A stretch of DNA of 64,000 nucleotides from Meyerozyma guilliermondii (taxonomy: Eukaryota). Positions 43,484-53,439 of the stretch are shown here, one piece after another. The notes under the pieces are model-generated. The model had not been told where the DNA came from, ran no database searches, and saw only the letters and a program-made list of their open reading frames with translations. Position numbers and translations under genes: made by a program. Where the stretch lies: the NCBI GenBank assembly GCA_051546255.1, contig CP128820.1, positions 434,001 through 498,000 of the forward strand, written 5' to 3'. Each line of letters starts with the position of its first letter. Positions within the stretch are counted from its first letter, which is position 1.

Positions 43484-45157
43484 ATGTCACTTTCTTCTAT
43501 GGTTGACGAAAAGGGCACTACAGCCCATCACGAGATGGCGCTGACGAACAACTCCATAAACGAATTGAGCCAGGCTGAAAGAGTTGCTTCTTTGATGGAC
43601 AAGGCCAAGCAGGCCACCAATGCCGAGCACGATATGACGGTGAAAGAGGCATTGAAATACCACAAAAAGGCCATTTTCTGGTCAATGGTGATGTCGGCCA
43701 CCATCATTATGGAGGGATACGACAATATTTTGATGTCTTCGTTTTTTGCGTATCCATCTTTTCAAAAAAAATACGGAGTTCCGGTCGGCGATGGGAAATA
43801 CGAACTTCAAGGAAGATGGCAAGTTGCTTTGGGATGTGCTTCTTCTGTTGGTACGATTTTTGGAGTTTTTGCCAATGGGTACTTGATTGAAAAATTCGGC
43901 CATCGCCGAACAATTATGGGATCATTGGTGGTTATGTCTGCTTTCATTTTTGTGACTTTTTTTGCACCCTCGGTCGAGGTGTTGTTGGCGGGTCAAATCT
44001 TGTGTGGACTCCCATGGGGTATCTTTGCAACTATGGGTCCCACTTATTCTTCAGAAGTTTGTCCCTTGGCTTTGAGAGGCTATCTTACTGCTTATGTCAA
44101 TATGTGCTGGGCAATTGGTCAATTTATTGCAGCCGGAGTTCTTCAAGGTTTGGTTTCAAATACCACCGAATGGTCGTACCGGATCCCTTTTGCGATCCAA
44201 TGGGTTTGGCCGGTTCCTCTTTTCATCTTGACGTTTCTTGCTCCAAATTCTCCATGGTGGTTGGTGAGACATGGACGAATTGAAGATGCCGAAAAAGCAG
44301 TCAAAAGACTCAGTGCCAAGTCAATTGCTCACGAAGCCAAGCCCAGAGTGGCCCTTATGGTGCACACCAATGCTTTGGAAGTGGAGCAGGAAAGCCAAAA
44401 AGACGACGATTTCAAAGGATGGAAAAGTTACCTTATGGTTTTTAAGGGCACAAATCTTCGGAGAACAGAAATCGTCTGTATTGCATTTGCTGGTCAGGTG
44501 CTTTCGGGTTCCACTTTTGCATATTCTCCTTCCTACTTTTTCTCCCAGGCTGGTTTGGATTCAAATGATACTTACAAGTTGAATCTTGGTACCACCGGTA
44601 TTGCGTTTTGTGGCTGTATTGGGTCGTGGTTTTTGCTTTCTCGGTTTGGAAGAAGAACCATTTATTGTTCCGGATACCTCGTATTGGTGGTGGTTCTTTT
44701 CCTCATTGGTATCTTGGCAATCCCAGCAGAACATAACTCCACAGTAAAGTGGGTCCAGGCTACGTTCACAGAAATTTGGGTTGCAACCTATGCCTTAACA
44801 ATTGGTCCTTTGGCTTTCACAATTGTCAGTGAAATGTCATCCACCCGTTTGAGAGCCCAGTCGATTGCCATGGCTAGAAATGCCTACAATTTGGCTTCTT
44901 TGGTTTCCAACGTTGTTGAGCCTTACCTTATTAATCCTCAAAATGCAAATCTTAAAGGAAAGACTGCATTTGTGTGGTTTGCAACCGCCTTTCCCACCTT
45001 GATTTGGAGTTTTTTCCGCCTTCCCGAGACCAGAGACAGAACTTACGAGGAATTGGACATTCTCTTTGAAAGACGAGTTCCGGCTCGTAAGTTTGCTTCG
45101 TACAAATTGGATTCCGAAGATCTTCAGGCAGTCACCTCCGATGTCCCTAAAGTATAG
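43484..45157 (+). CDS. MFS sugar porter, maltose/alpha-glucoside:H+ symporter family (Mal31/Agt1-like), copy 1
   Basis: KAIFWS..MSATIIMEGYD, YSSEVCPLALRGYLTAYVNMCW, YRIPFAIQWVWP, GTNLRRTEI, RFGRRTIY, LPETRDRTYEELDILF..RVPARKF. Confidence 0.93.
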   Translation: MSLSSMVDEKGTTAHHEMALTNNSINELSQAERVASLMDKAKQATNAEHDMTVKEALKYHKKAIFWSMVMSATIIMEGYDNILMSSFFAYPSFQKKYGVPVGDGKYELQGRWQVALGCASSVGTIFGVFANGYLIEKFGHRRTIMGSLVVMSAFIFVTFFAPSVEVLLAGQILCGLPWGIFATMGPTYSSEVCPLALRGYLTAYVNMCWAIGQFIAAGVLQGLVSNTTEWSYRIPFAIQWVWPVPLFILTFLAPNSPWWLVRHGRIEDAEKAVKRLSAKSIAHEAKPRVALMVHTNALEVEQESQKDDDFKGWKSYLMVFKGTNLRRTEIVCIAFAGQVLSGSTFAYSPSYFFSQAGLDSNDTYKLNLGTTGIAFCGCIGSWFLLSRFGRRTIYCSGYLVLVVVLFLIGILAIPAEHNSTVKWVQATFTEIWVATYALTIGPLAFTIVSEMSSTRLRAQSIAMARNAYNLASLVSNVVEPYLINPQNANLKGKTAFVWFATAFPTLIWSFFRLPETRDRTYEELDILFERRVPARKFASYKLDSEDLQAVTSDVPKV

Positions 45158-45344
45158 TGCAGATAGTGTTTAGCAATTAATGTGGAGAAAAGAAAATGTA
45201 GCCTCCTTTGTTAGTTTATTGTTAGCATTGTCAATTTGCAGCCGTGAGTTATGCCGAGCCCCCACTTCTGTGCGAACCTGGGGTATGCATGCATACGCAT
45301 TAATGCACGGGAATATCGACCGGATTTCGCGCTATGTATGGTGA

Positions 45345-45388
45345 GTTCCGAGGGTTTGTTCCGAGGGTTTGTTCCGAGGGTTTGTTCC
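45345..45388. repeat. 13-bp tandem repeat GTTCCGAGGGTTT x3 plus a partial copy, in the promoter of the second permease
   Basis: gttccgagggttt gttccgagggttt gttccgagggttt gttcc, read directly. Confidence 0.92.
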
Positions 45389-45584
45389 ATGGTTTTTCCA
45401 CTTGTTGCAAATTCGGGCAAGCCAAGAAATTTCAGCCGTCCGAAGGAGGAGCTTTACGTCAATTACGAGGTATGAAGCTGGGGAAAGCCTTGGCGAAATG
45501 TCCCCCACGCAAAATCTCCACTATCATAGAGGTATACCCCACTATAATCAAGTATAAGAGTGCCCCACGGCTGCAAATTTGGCA

Positions 45585-47243
45585 ATGGTTTCCGAAGAAA
45601 TCGAGAAGAAAGCGTCTGTTTTTCACGTGGAAGATGCCAATTCCGTGGATTTGGTCGAAAACAAGGAATCTTTGCTAGAAAAAGCTCGTCAAGGTAGTGA
45701 AAATGAGCATGAACTCGGGTTCAGGAAGGCAGTGGTTCACCACAAAAAAGCGATTTTTTGGGCCATGGTGATGTCTGCTACCATTATTATGGAAGGATAC
45801 GATACCAGCTTGATGTCTTCTTTTTATGCGTATCCTTCATTTAAGGAAAAGTATGGGGTTCGAACTGGAGACGGAACCTATGAACTTGAAGGAAGATGGC
45901 AGGTTGCTTTAGGATGTGCTTCTTCTGTGGGAACTTTTTTTGGAGTTTTGGCCAATGGGTACTTGACAGAAAGGTTTGGGCATCGCCGTGTTATCATGGG
46001 TTCTTTAATTGTAATGTCAGCGTTCATTTTTATTCCATTTTTCGCACCTTCGATTCTGGTGCTCTTGGTGGGACAAGTTATGTGTGGGCTACCATGGGGA
46101 GTATTTGCAACTATGGGGCCCTCCTATTCGTCTGAAGTGTGTCCTTTGTCCTTGAGAGGGTATCTTACTGCTTATGTGAACATGTGCTGGGCAATTGGAC
46201 AATTCGTGGCCGCTGGAGTTCTCAAGGCATTGGTTGCAAATTCCACCCATTGGGGGTACCGGATTCCATTTGCAATTCAATGGGTATGGCCGATTCCACT
46301 TTTCGTGTTGACGTATCTTGCTCCAGATTCTCCATGGTGGTTGGTGAGGAAAGGAAGAATCGAAGATGCAGAAAAAGCGGTCAAAAGACTCAGTTCCAAA
46401 ACGGTTGCGAACGAGGCCAAAGACAGAGTTGCACTCATGATCCACACCAATTCGTTGGAAGTTGAGCAGGAAAATGAAAACTCGGCCGACTTCAAGGGCT
46501 GGAAGAGCTACGTTCAGTGTTTCCAAGGCACAAATCTCAGACGAACCGAAATAGTGTGTTTGACATTTTCCGGCCAGATCTGGTCGGGGTCTTCCTTTGC
46601 CTACTCTCCAACCTACTTTTTCTCCCAAGCTGGCTTGAATCCTCAAGACACTTACAAATTGAATCTTGGAGTCACCGGAGTAGCATTTACAGGGTGCATT
46701 GTTTCGTGGTTTCTTCTTTCTCGGTTTGGTCGTCGCACCATCTATGTCACCGGCTACTCGATTTTGACCGCTACACTTTTGTTAATTGGAATCTTGTCGT
46801 TTCCAGCTCAGTCCCACAGTGGTGCAAAATGGGCCCAAGCAGGGCTTACTTTGGTGTGGGTAGCTACTTATTCGCTGACAATTGGACCGTTGGCTTTTAC
46901 CATTGTCAGCGAAATGTCAGCTACTCGTTTGAGAGCACAAACTATAGCGTTGGCTCGCGACGCTTACAACTTGACTCTGATCATTTCTCGGGTGGTGGAA
47001 CCGTATCTTATCAATCCGGGAGAGCTCAATTTGAAAGGAAAAACTGCGTTTGTTTGGTTGGGAACTGCTTTGGTGGTGCTCACATGGAGTTTTTTTCGGC
47101 TTCCAGAAACCAGAAACAGAACATATGAGGAGTTGGATCTTCTCTTTGCAAGACGGATCTCGGCGAGAAGGTTTGGAAAGTATGATTTGACCCTGGAAAG
47201 TGTCATTGGTATTGATGTGGAGACCCGAAAGGTGGATGAGTAA
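45585..47243 (+). CDS. MFS sugar porter, maltose/alpha-glucoside family, copy 2 (tandem paralog)
   Basis: Colinear with copy 1 and has the same motifs. First ATG at 45585. Confidence 0.93.
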   Translation: MVSEEIEKKASVFHVEDANSVDLVENKESLLEKARQGSENEHELGFRKAVVHHKKAIFWAMVMSATIIMEGYDTSLMSSFYAYPSFKEKYGVRTGDGTYELEGRWQVALGCASSVGTFFGVLANGYLTERFGHRRVIMGSLIVMSAFIFIPFFAPSILVLLVGQVMCGLPWGVFATMGPSYSSEVCPLSLRGYLTAYVNMCWAIGQFVAAGVLKALVANSTHWGYRIPFAIQWVWPIPLFVLTYLAPDSPWWLVRKGRIEDAEKAVKRLSSKTVANEAKDRVALMIHTNSLEVEQENENSADFKGWKSYVQCFQGTNLRRTEIVCLTFSGQIWSGSSFAYSPTYFFSQAGLNPQDTYKLNLGVTGVAFTGCIVSWFLLSRFGRRTIYVTGYSILTATLLLIGILSFPAQSHSGAKWAQAGLTLVWVATYSLTIGPLAFTIVSEMSATRLRAQTIALARDAYNLTLIISRVVEPYLINPGELNLKGKTAFVWLGTALVVLTWSFFRLPETRNRTYEELDLLFARRISARRFGKYDLTLESVIGIDVETRKVDE

Positions 47244-48169
47244 ACCAACTGAATACTCAAATTAACTGAATACGCTAGAGGTGTGGTTCAAACCATTCCT
47301 AGAGCGATGCAATCCAACTGTATACACCAGATCTCTTTCGATAGTATTTTGAATTGTTGTCACAGCCGAGTTCTTCGAGTCAGAATGTAGTAGGGCTTAT
47401 TCTAGAAACTTTTCAGTTTATACTTTTCAGTGTATCTCACTTGAAACAAGAGTTTAAGGAATCTTGTTGAGTACAGTCATCGTAAGTCGTGGTTTGAACA
47501 AACTGGCTGAACAGATTCAATAATGATTTCACATTTGGATGGTCGAGAATTCCGTGTTTTGACAGGTTCTGCCTTGTATGGAGGGTTAATACAACCCGAA
47601 AACCAAAAATTCCTCAAAACCTGAAAGTTTCTAATAGGTGTCTGGTCAGTTGTTCAAGTTCAGGAAAATACTCCGTTAGCTCAGTTCTCATCTGATCTCT
47701 TCAATATTTTGAAACTCTCTGGAATATGAAATAGGTTCTTTGATGGGTTTCTTGGCTTGATTTCATGCTGGATTTTTGGATTTAAACGAATGGAATTTGA
47801 TTTTTAAACATCTTCAAGAGATAAAAATGAAAAGCACATGAGATTTGACGAGTGAGTCTTTCCAGTTTGCAACTGTTTAGATGTATTTGAATCATTTTCA
47901 GAAACGGCCTTGTGCTCTTACATTACCCAACTTGCCTAAACTCTCTTAAAATCGCATATATCATCAGAATACATTAACGGTCTGAAAGTTCTTGTTGCAG
48001 CCGTCGTGCGGCGTGGTTCCAACTCCGCAACCGTCTAATTCGATCACCTGTTTGTCAGCACGTGCCTTTTGTTCTAGATCGTTCCACCTCGTCGGACGTC
48101 ATCTTACGTCAGCGCAGTCTCCACTATAAAAGCCCCTGGCGCCCACGCTGTCATTTTGCAGCACCAATT

Positions 48170-48658
48170 ATGACCCAAGTATACTTTGACATTTCTGCTA
48201 ACGGCTCCAAATTAGGAAGAGTCACCTTCCAATTGTACGATGATGTCGTTCCTAAGACCACTGAAAACTTCAGAGCTTTGTGTACTGGTGAAAAAGGTTT
48301 CGGTTACGCCCAATCTTCTTTCCACAGAGTAATCCCTCAATTCATGTTGCAAGGAGGTGATTTCACCAGAGGTAACGGTACTGGTGGTAAGTCGATCTAC
48401 GGTGAGAAGTTTGCCGATGAGAACTTTTCCAAAAAGCACACCAAGCCAGGTTTGTTGTCGATGGCCAATGCTGGTCCTAACACCAACGGATCGCAATTTT
48501 TCATCACCACTGTTCCTTGCCCATGGTTGGACGGCAAACACGTTGTGTTTGGTGAGGTTGTTGACGGTTACGACGTTGTCAAGAAGGTTGAGTCTTACGG
48601 TTCTGACTCTGGTGCTACCAAGGCCAAGGTTGTGATTGACGCTTCTGGACAATTGTAA
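48170..48658 (+). CDS. CPR1: Cyclophilin A peptidyl-prolyl isomerase (162 aa)
   Basis: [69 protein letters not shown] at about 48125. Confidence 0.97.
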   Translation: MTQVYFDISANGSKLGRVTFQLYDDVVPKTTENFRALCTGEKGFGYAQSSFHRVIPQFMLQGGDFTRGNGTGGKSIYGEKFADENFSKKHTKPGLLSMANAGPNTNGSQFFITTVPCPWLDGKHVVFGEVVDGYDVVKKVESYGSDSGATKAKVVIDASGQL

Positions 48659-48827
48659 GTGAATAAAAGTGCCGGCAATTAGCCGCAGGCTAGTTGCCGA
48701 TTAATTGCTATCCCAATTCGACTTGCTACTTCATTGCTATCCTCTCTGCTATCAGCTACCACTATCTGCTATTCTATTGCTATCTCTCTGCTACTCTTGC
48801 TTATCACTGCTTCTTGCTCTACAACTG

Positions 48828-49394
48828 CTACAACTTTGCTACTACCGCTTCCACCCCACTATACCTCACACTCCTGTCCACTTCCTTGCCCACATACTTC
48901 ACCCGGCGGTCCTTGGAGAACGCAATTGCGTATCGAGCGGTTCTAATTCCCATTCCTCGTGCGGTTGCATCCACTGACAAATCGAATTTCTGGCTGAATT
49001 GAGCTCCACCATCGGATGCAAACACCAATTGGGGTTCTTTACCCGTTGGTTTGACGTCTCGAAGAAGCAATTTGGCCCAGGCATTGAGCACAAAGGCATC
49101 GTTGGTACTGACAATGATGATCAATGCAACGTTGTTTTTTTCTTTGAGTTTAACCAAGTTCTCCAAGTATGGGGGAATGTGGTTCTCAGTACATGTTGGC
49201 GTAAAAGCACCAGGAACAGCTACCAAAAGCACATTGGAGTCTTTATCCAATTTGGCAAGCTGCTTGTCAAGATCAAAAACCAAAGGCTGAGCACATGCAA
49301 GAGCGTCTTCTTGGTGCACTTGCTGCAAATCGATAGGAATGTAGTTGAACTTGACACCTTCGGGAATTTGATCTCCTACTTGAAGTTGTGGCAT
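48828..49394 (-). CDS. AHP1: Prx5-type peroxiredoxin (Ahp1/Pmp20 family) with C-terminal PTS1 (AKL)
   Basis: VPGAFTPTCTENHIP peroxidatic motif, NDAFVLNAW, RTARYA; ends in AKL. Confidence 0.88.
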   Translation of the reverse strand: MPQLQVGDQIPEGVKFNYIPIDLQQVHQEDALACAQPLVFDLDKQLAKLDKDSNVLLVAVPGAFTPTCTENHIPPYLENLVKLKEKNNVALIIIVSTNDAFVLNAWAKLLLRDVKPTGKEPQLVFASDGGAQFSQKFDLSVDATARGMGIRTARYAIAFSKDRRVKYVGKEVDRSVRYSGVEAVVAKL

Positions 49395-50011
49395 TTTGGA
49401 TGGGAGTCTGTTGAAGATTAGGTCGGGATATACCGAGGACTGCTGATGTAAGCGGTCACCTTGTGCCAGTGCTGATACTTGAGTGAAAGAAGCATCCCTT
49501 TAAGATCTGTGAGCTTTCTGTGATCGAATCTGCCATTGGGCTGAATTCGAGAACCTACGTTGGTTTTGCGTTGGTTCTTATTGAGTGAGGTCGCGAAGGT
49601 AATTTGCAGCCAAGAGTAGACTCACACACCTTCAAGACCTATTACTTGCAGTGTGGAAAACACTAAACCGTCCGGGGTCGATTACGATACTGGAGCTTCG
49701 AGTTTCAGAGGTCTGCTTCCAAACTATTGAAAATTTCAATAGATCGAGTTGAAAGTGGAATGGTGAAAATCTGCAAAAATGCAAAATTATGAATGTTGAA
49801 TTACCAATTTTGCTTTCATGAACCCCCATTCATCCACTCAACCACCCCCACTAACCCAACCAATCCCGACCAAGATTCCTGCTCAATCCAATTTTGGAAA
49901 CTGCTACTCAGCTCGCTCTTCGTCTACAGTCCTGCACTTGAGCCTATAACTACCAGACGCAAAATCGCACCTATCTAATTCACCTCAAACCACAACCACC
50001 ACCGGCTCGAG

Positions 50012-52018
50012 ATGCCCATGGATGACCACGACCTCAGTACCAACCCATGGTCAGACGTTACTGGCGGCGATGAAAATGAGTTCAATGATTTCATGAAGCC
50101 CATGAGACTCGCAAAACGAACAGAGGAAAAACCCACAACGAACGAACAGTTTCAGTGTCGCCCGATCCGGTTGGGAAGCCGCCACAAACTCGATGACGAT
50201 CTTCGTAGCTCGCGCTCAGAAGAAGAATCCATTCCAGCATCTCCAACTTCACAGAAAGTCGATACCAGCAACCCTACAACTCCCAGACGAAAGTCCATCC
50301 AGATACGAAATCTTCCCATTATCGAGTCACCCAAACGGTACGTCCACGATAAGGTAGACGATGCAATTTTTGCAGTGTGTTTGGTCGACTTTCACCATTC
50401 GCGGGGCCCAGAAGTGGAGTTCTGGAAGTCCAATTATCACCACAATTATTCCCCAAGTTTATTCAAAAACCTATCATTCCAGGCGTTGCCCGACGGATCA
50501 CACCAACACGAAGAAACGTTTTCCAATTTCAGCTTGGTTTACGATTTTGTCACCGGGCTCTCCTACGACGACGGTGACGATTACGATAACTTTCAAGGTG
50601 ATCCCAGGCACCTTAGAACGCTCTTTGGGTGCTCTTGCGTGCGCCAAGTGAAGACCAGCGATCTCTCCGACTTAGAAATGGCTCGAAACAAGGATATAAC
50701 CCGATCAATTGTCCAAAAAGCCATCGTGGTAATAGCGTGCAACCAGCCCATATTCACCAAGATCAAAGAAAAGCTCTCCATCATCACCCACAGTTTCTTG
50801 ATCCAGGAACGTCTAGACAACTACGAGCTCCTAGAGCACTTGTTCGAGAACCTCAACGACTCTTTCAAACCCAAAGTCGACAGGAGACTATCAATAGACC
50901 AAGAAGCTCTTAGGATCGAAAGAGAGGACGAATTCTTTGTCAATTTAAACTTGAAGGAAACAGTCACCAAATTCCGCCACAATTTCCTCACCCTATTCAA
51001 AGCAATGCTTCTCGAGAAGAAGATACTTATATTCTCTAATAACAACTTGGAATCTTTAACCATGTTCCAAAACAATCTCATTTCCCTCGTCCCTAATTTG
51101 ATCCATAATCTTGCCGATTCCAGCTGTCCCTTGATCGACTACAGCGAGACGAACGGCCCACTAAAGAAGCCAGAATCTTTAAACACTTCAAGTCGGCAGT
51201 CCATGTTGAGATTTTTCGGTCTCCCATTGCAAATATTCAACACCAAAGGTGCGTTCTGGAACCCATATCTTCCTCTCCAGCAACTCAACGCACTCAGCAG
51301 TCCAGGAACCAAGAGTTTCATGGTTGGTTCCTCAAACTTACTCTTCGTGAATCAGCTGATGGCTTTGGAAGTAGACATACTCATAAACCTCGATACAAAT
51401 GAAGTGAGCTATCCCGTTGGAAGAGGAGACGATTTGTTGCTTTCGCTGAAAGACAAGATTTTTATTAACAGTCTTCTCGAAAACATCCGAAAAATCGACG
51501 AACAAGACAACTACATTGGCAGTGACGATTACATTCGCTACAAGTTCGAGGACTACCTCTGCTCCTTATTGTCCACTACCAAGTACTCGCAGTACGTTGA
51601 GAAGTTCAAACAGCCACCCCCAGGGTTTTCCCATACTCCAGCATCCACTGATTTAGATGCCAACGATGATGTCAGCATTGATAACGGAAACATGGCAGCG
51701 TTCGGCCTGGCTTTTATAGAGAACTGGAGAAAAACCAAAAACTACTTGATCTGGGATGCTATGGCCGATGAGTTCATCTTCAATTTTTTAACGCCAAGAC
51801 ACATTGGATCTGACATTGCCGACCTGCGGTCGAGAATAGCAAGTGTATTCGACAACTTTCGCCAGCGTCTCAATGCCCCACCCAATTCCGAGCCGCCAAG
51901 CTCGCGAAATCTTTCAATATTCGAAAGCGTGAAAAACACCGATGAGGCGTCTAACGTCAATGAAGTACCTTTTGGAAAAAAGATTTCTAATTGGGCATGG
52001 AACTTTAAGCGAAAGTAG
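50012..52018 (+). CDS. AVL9: Late secretory pathway DENN-like protein
   Basis: VCLVDFHHSRGPEVE, FQALPDGSH, ITRSIVQKAIVVI, FGLPLQIF, WNPYLPLQQL, GSDDYIRYKFEDY. Confidence 0.92.
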   Translation: MPMDDHDLSTNPWSDVTGGDENEFNDFMKPMRLAKRTEEKPTTNEQFQCRPIRLGSRHKLDDDLRSSRSEEESIPASPTSQKVDTSNPTTPRRKSIQIRNLPIIESPKRYVHDKVDDAIFAVCLVDFHHSRGPEVEFWKSNYHHNYSPSLFKNLSFQALPDGSHQHEETFSNFSLVYDFVTGLSYDDGDDYDNFQGDPRHLRTLFGCSCVRQVKTSDLSDLEMARNKDITRSIVQKAIVVIACNQPIFTKIKEKLSIITHSFLIQERLDNYELLEHLFENLNDSFKPKVDRRLSIDQEALRIEREDEFFVNLNLKETVTKFRHNFLTLFKAMLLEKKILIFSNNNLESLTMFQNNLISLVPNLIHNLADSSCPLIDYSETNGPLKKPESLNTSSRQSMLRFFGLPLQIFNTKGAFWNPYLPLQQLNALSSPGTKSFMVGSSNLLFVNQLMALEVDILINLDTNEVSYPVGRGDDLLLSLKDKIFINSLLENIRKIDEQDNYIGSDDYIRYKFEDYLCSLLSTTKYSQYVEKFKQPPPGFSHTPASTDLDANDDVSIDNGNMAAFGLAFIENWRKTKNYLIWDAMADEFIFNFLTPRHIGSDIADLRSRIASVFDNFRQRLNAPPNSEPPSSRNLSIFESVKNTDEASNVNEVPFGKKISNWAWNFKRK

Positions 52019-52151
52019 CGGAAGTTTTAACTTCTACTCATTCACTGCCTGCTTTGGTTCCCTTGACTTGCTGTAAACTACATATCCTCATTATAGATTT
52101 TCACGTGACTTCATCGTCATCGCATCTTGATTTTTTCAATCAAGAACCACC

Positions 52152-53414
52152 ATGAAGCACCCGTTCCAGATCATAGTGGCCGATACCACGGGCCGGTATT
52201 TGTTCACAACTGTCAAGAATGTCTTGTTAGTGATAGACTTGACTTCAGGTAAGCTTGTGGGCCAATGGAAGGACGAATTGGACAACAGTGATTTTTTGAA
52301 GAAAAAGTACGAAGAGAAATTTGATAAGGAAAACGACTCGAAACGCCAAAAATCAGAGTCAGGGCAAGCCAAGGTTTCCAAGATTCCTACTCCTGGTCCA
52401 GGGGCACCTCCCATCTACAATTATATCAGAGCATTGAGACTCTCTTCAGATGAAAAGTACCTATTTGCAACCACGGACAGCGACAAAGCTGTAGTTATTT
52501 TCACCATAGACCACTCTAAGGACAACTGCCTTGAGCTCAAGAAACGCCAGCCTTTTTCAAAGCGTCCGTGTGCCTTGTCGGTCGATGAGGACCGGTTGGT
52601 GGTGGCCGACAAATTCGGAGACGTTTATTCGATTGCAATTGAAGACGATCAAGTTGTGAACGAAAAGGAGTTGACTCCGATATTGGGCCATGTATCCATG
52701 TTGAGCGATGTTGCAATTGTTAGCAATGACAAGAAAAAGTTTATCATCACTGGTGACAGAGATGAACACATTCGGATCTCAAATTACCCCAAATCTTTCG
52801 TGATCAAAAACTTTCTTTTTGGCCACCATGAGTTCGTTTCGTGCTTACACGTGCCTAACTTTGACCAAAGCTTGCTTATAAGTGGAGGTGGAGACGATTA
52901 TCTTTGCTTATGGCGTTGGTATGAGGGCCAGCTTGTTGCCAAGATTGAACTTCGTGAGTTAATTGCACCCTTTTTGACCGACTCCCACTTACCACCAGAG
53001 AGATTTCTCACTGAAACTTCGCCAAAGGAGATCTCGGTTGCCAGAATCTTGACTTTCACTAATAAGAAAACCGGCCTCAACATCTTGGTAGTTTTATGTG
53101 AACAGACAAAAGCAGTTCTCCTTTTCGAAATCGACGCCAAGCTTTCGGTGCGCCATTTGCAGACCATTTCCTACGAAGATAATGTCCTCGACATGTGCTA
53201 CATTGAAGCTACAAACACTCTTATCAGCGCTCATGATTCCGACAAAAACCAACTTTTCCAGCAACAGAAATTTGACGAGGAAACCAACAACTTTACACCT
53301 ACAACAGAAACCATGGATGCTGTGGCAGAGCTCAACCCTATAGATGTCAACTCCAGAAATGACTTCTTACCATTGTACTATATTAACACACTTCGTAAGA
53401 GAAGTGAACATTAA
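52152..53414 (+). CDS. TRM82: tRNA m7G46 methyltransferase WD40 subunit
   Basis: PGPGAPPIY, DSDKAV, KRPCAL, VADKFGDVY, PILGHVSML, DRDEHIRIS.YP; ends LRKRSEH. Confidence 0.95.
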   Translation: MKHPFQIIVADTTGRYLFTTVKNVLLVIDLTSGKLVGQWKDELDNSDFLKKKYEEKFDKENDSKRQKSESGQAKVSKIPTPGPGAPPIYNYIRALRLSSDEKYLFATTDSDKAVVIFTIDHSKDNCLELKKRQPFSKRPCALSVDEDRLVVADKFGDVYSIAIEDDQVVNEKELTPILGHVSMLSDVAIVSNDKKKFIITGDRDEHIRISNYPKSFVIKNFLFGHHEFVSCLHVPNFDQSLLISGGGDDYLCLWRWYEGQLVAKIELRELIAPFLTDSHLPPERFLTETSPKEISVARILTFTNKKTGLNILVVLCEQTKAVLLFEIDAKLSVRHLQTISYEDNVLDMCYIEATNTLISAHDSDKNQLFQQQKFDEETNNFTPTTETMDAVAELNPIDVNSRNDFLPLYYINTLRKRSEH

Positions 53415-53439
53415 TCCATACACTTTTTTATACGTCTAT

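Noticed and set aside
45345..45388. Short direct repeats as a CRISPR-like or transposon end signature
   Set aside because: This is eukaryotic DNA, and the units are head-to-tail with no spacers and no transposase or LTR nearby. It is better explained as a promoter minisatellite.
47670..47700. tccgttagctcagtt resembles a tRNA 5' end/A box
   Set aside because: There is no GG D-loop, T-loop (GTTCRA) or complementary acceptor stem downstream.
48062..48169. In-frame GTG-initiated N-terminal extension of CPR1 (possible mitochondrial isoform)
   Set aside because: It spans the TATAAA box at about 48125, so it is probably not in the mRNA, and it looks like a poor presequence.
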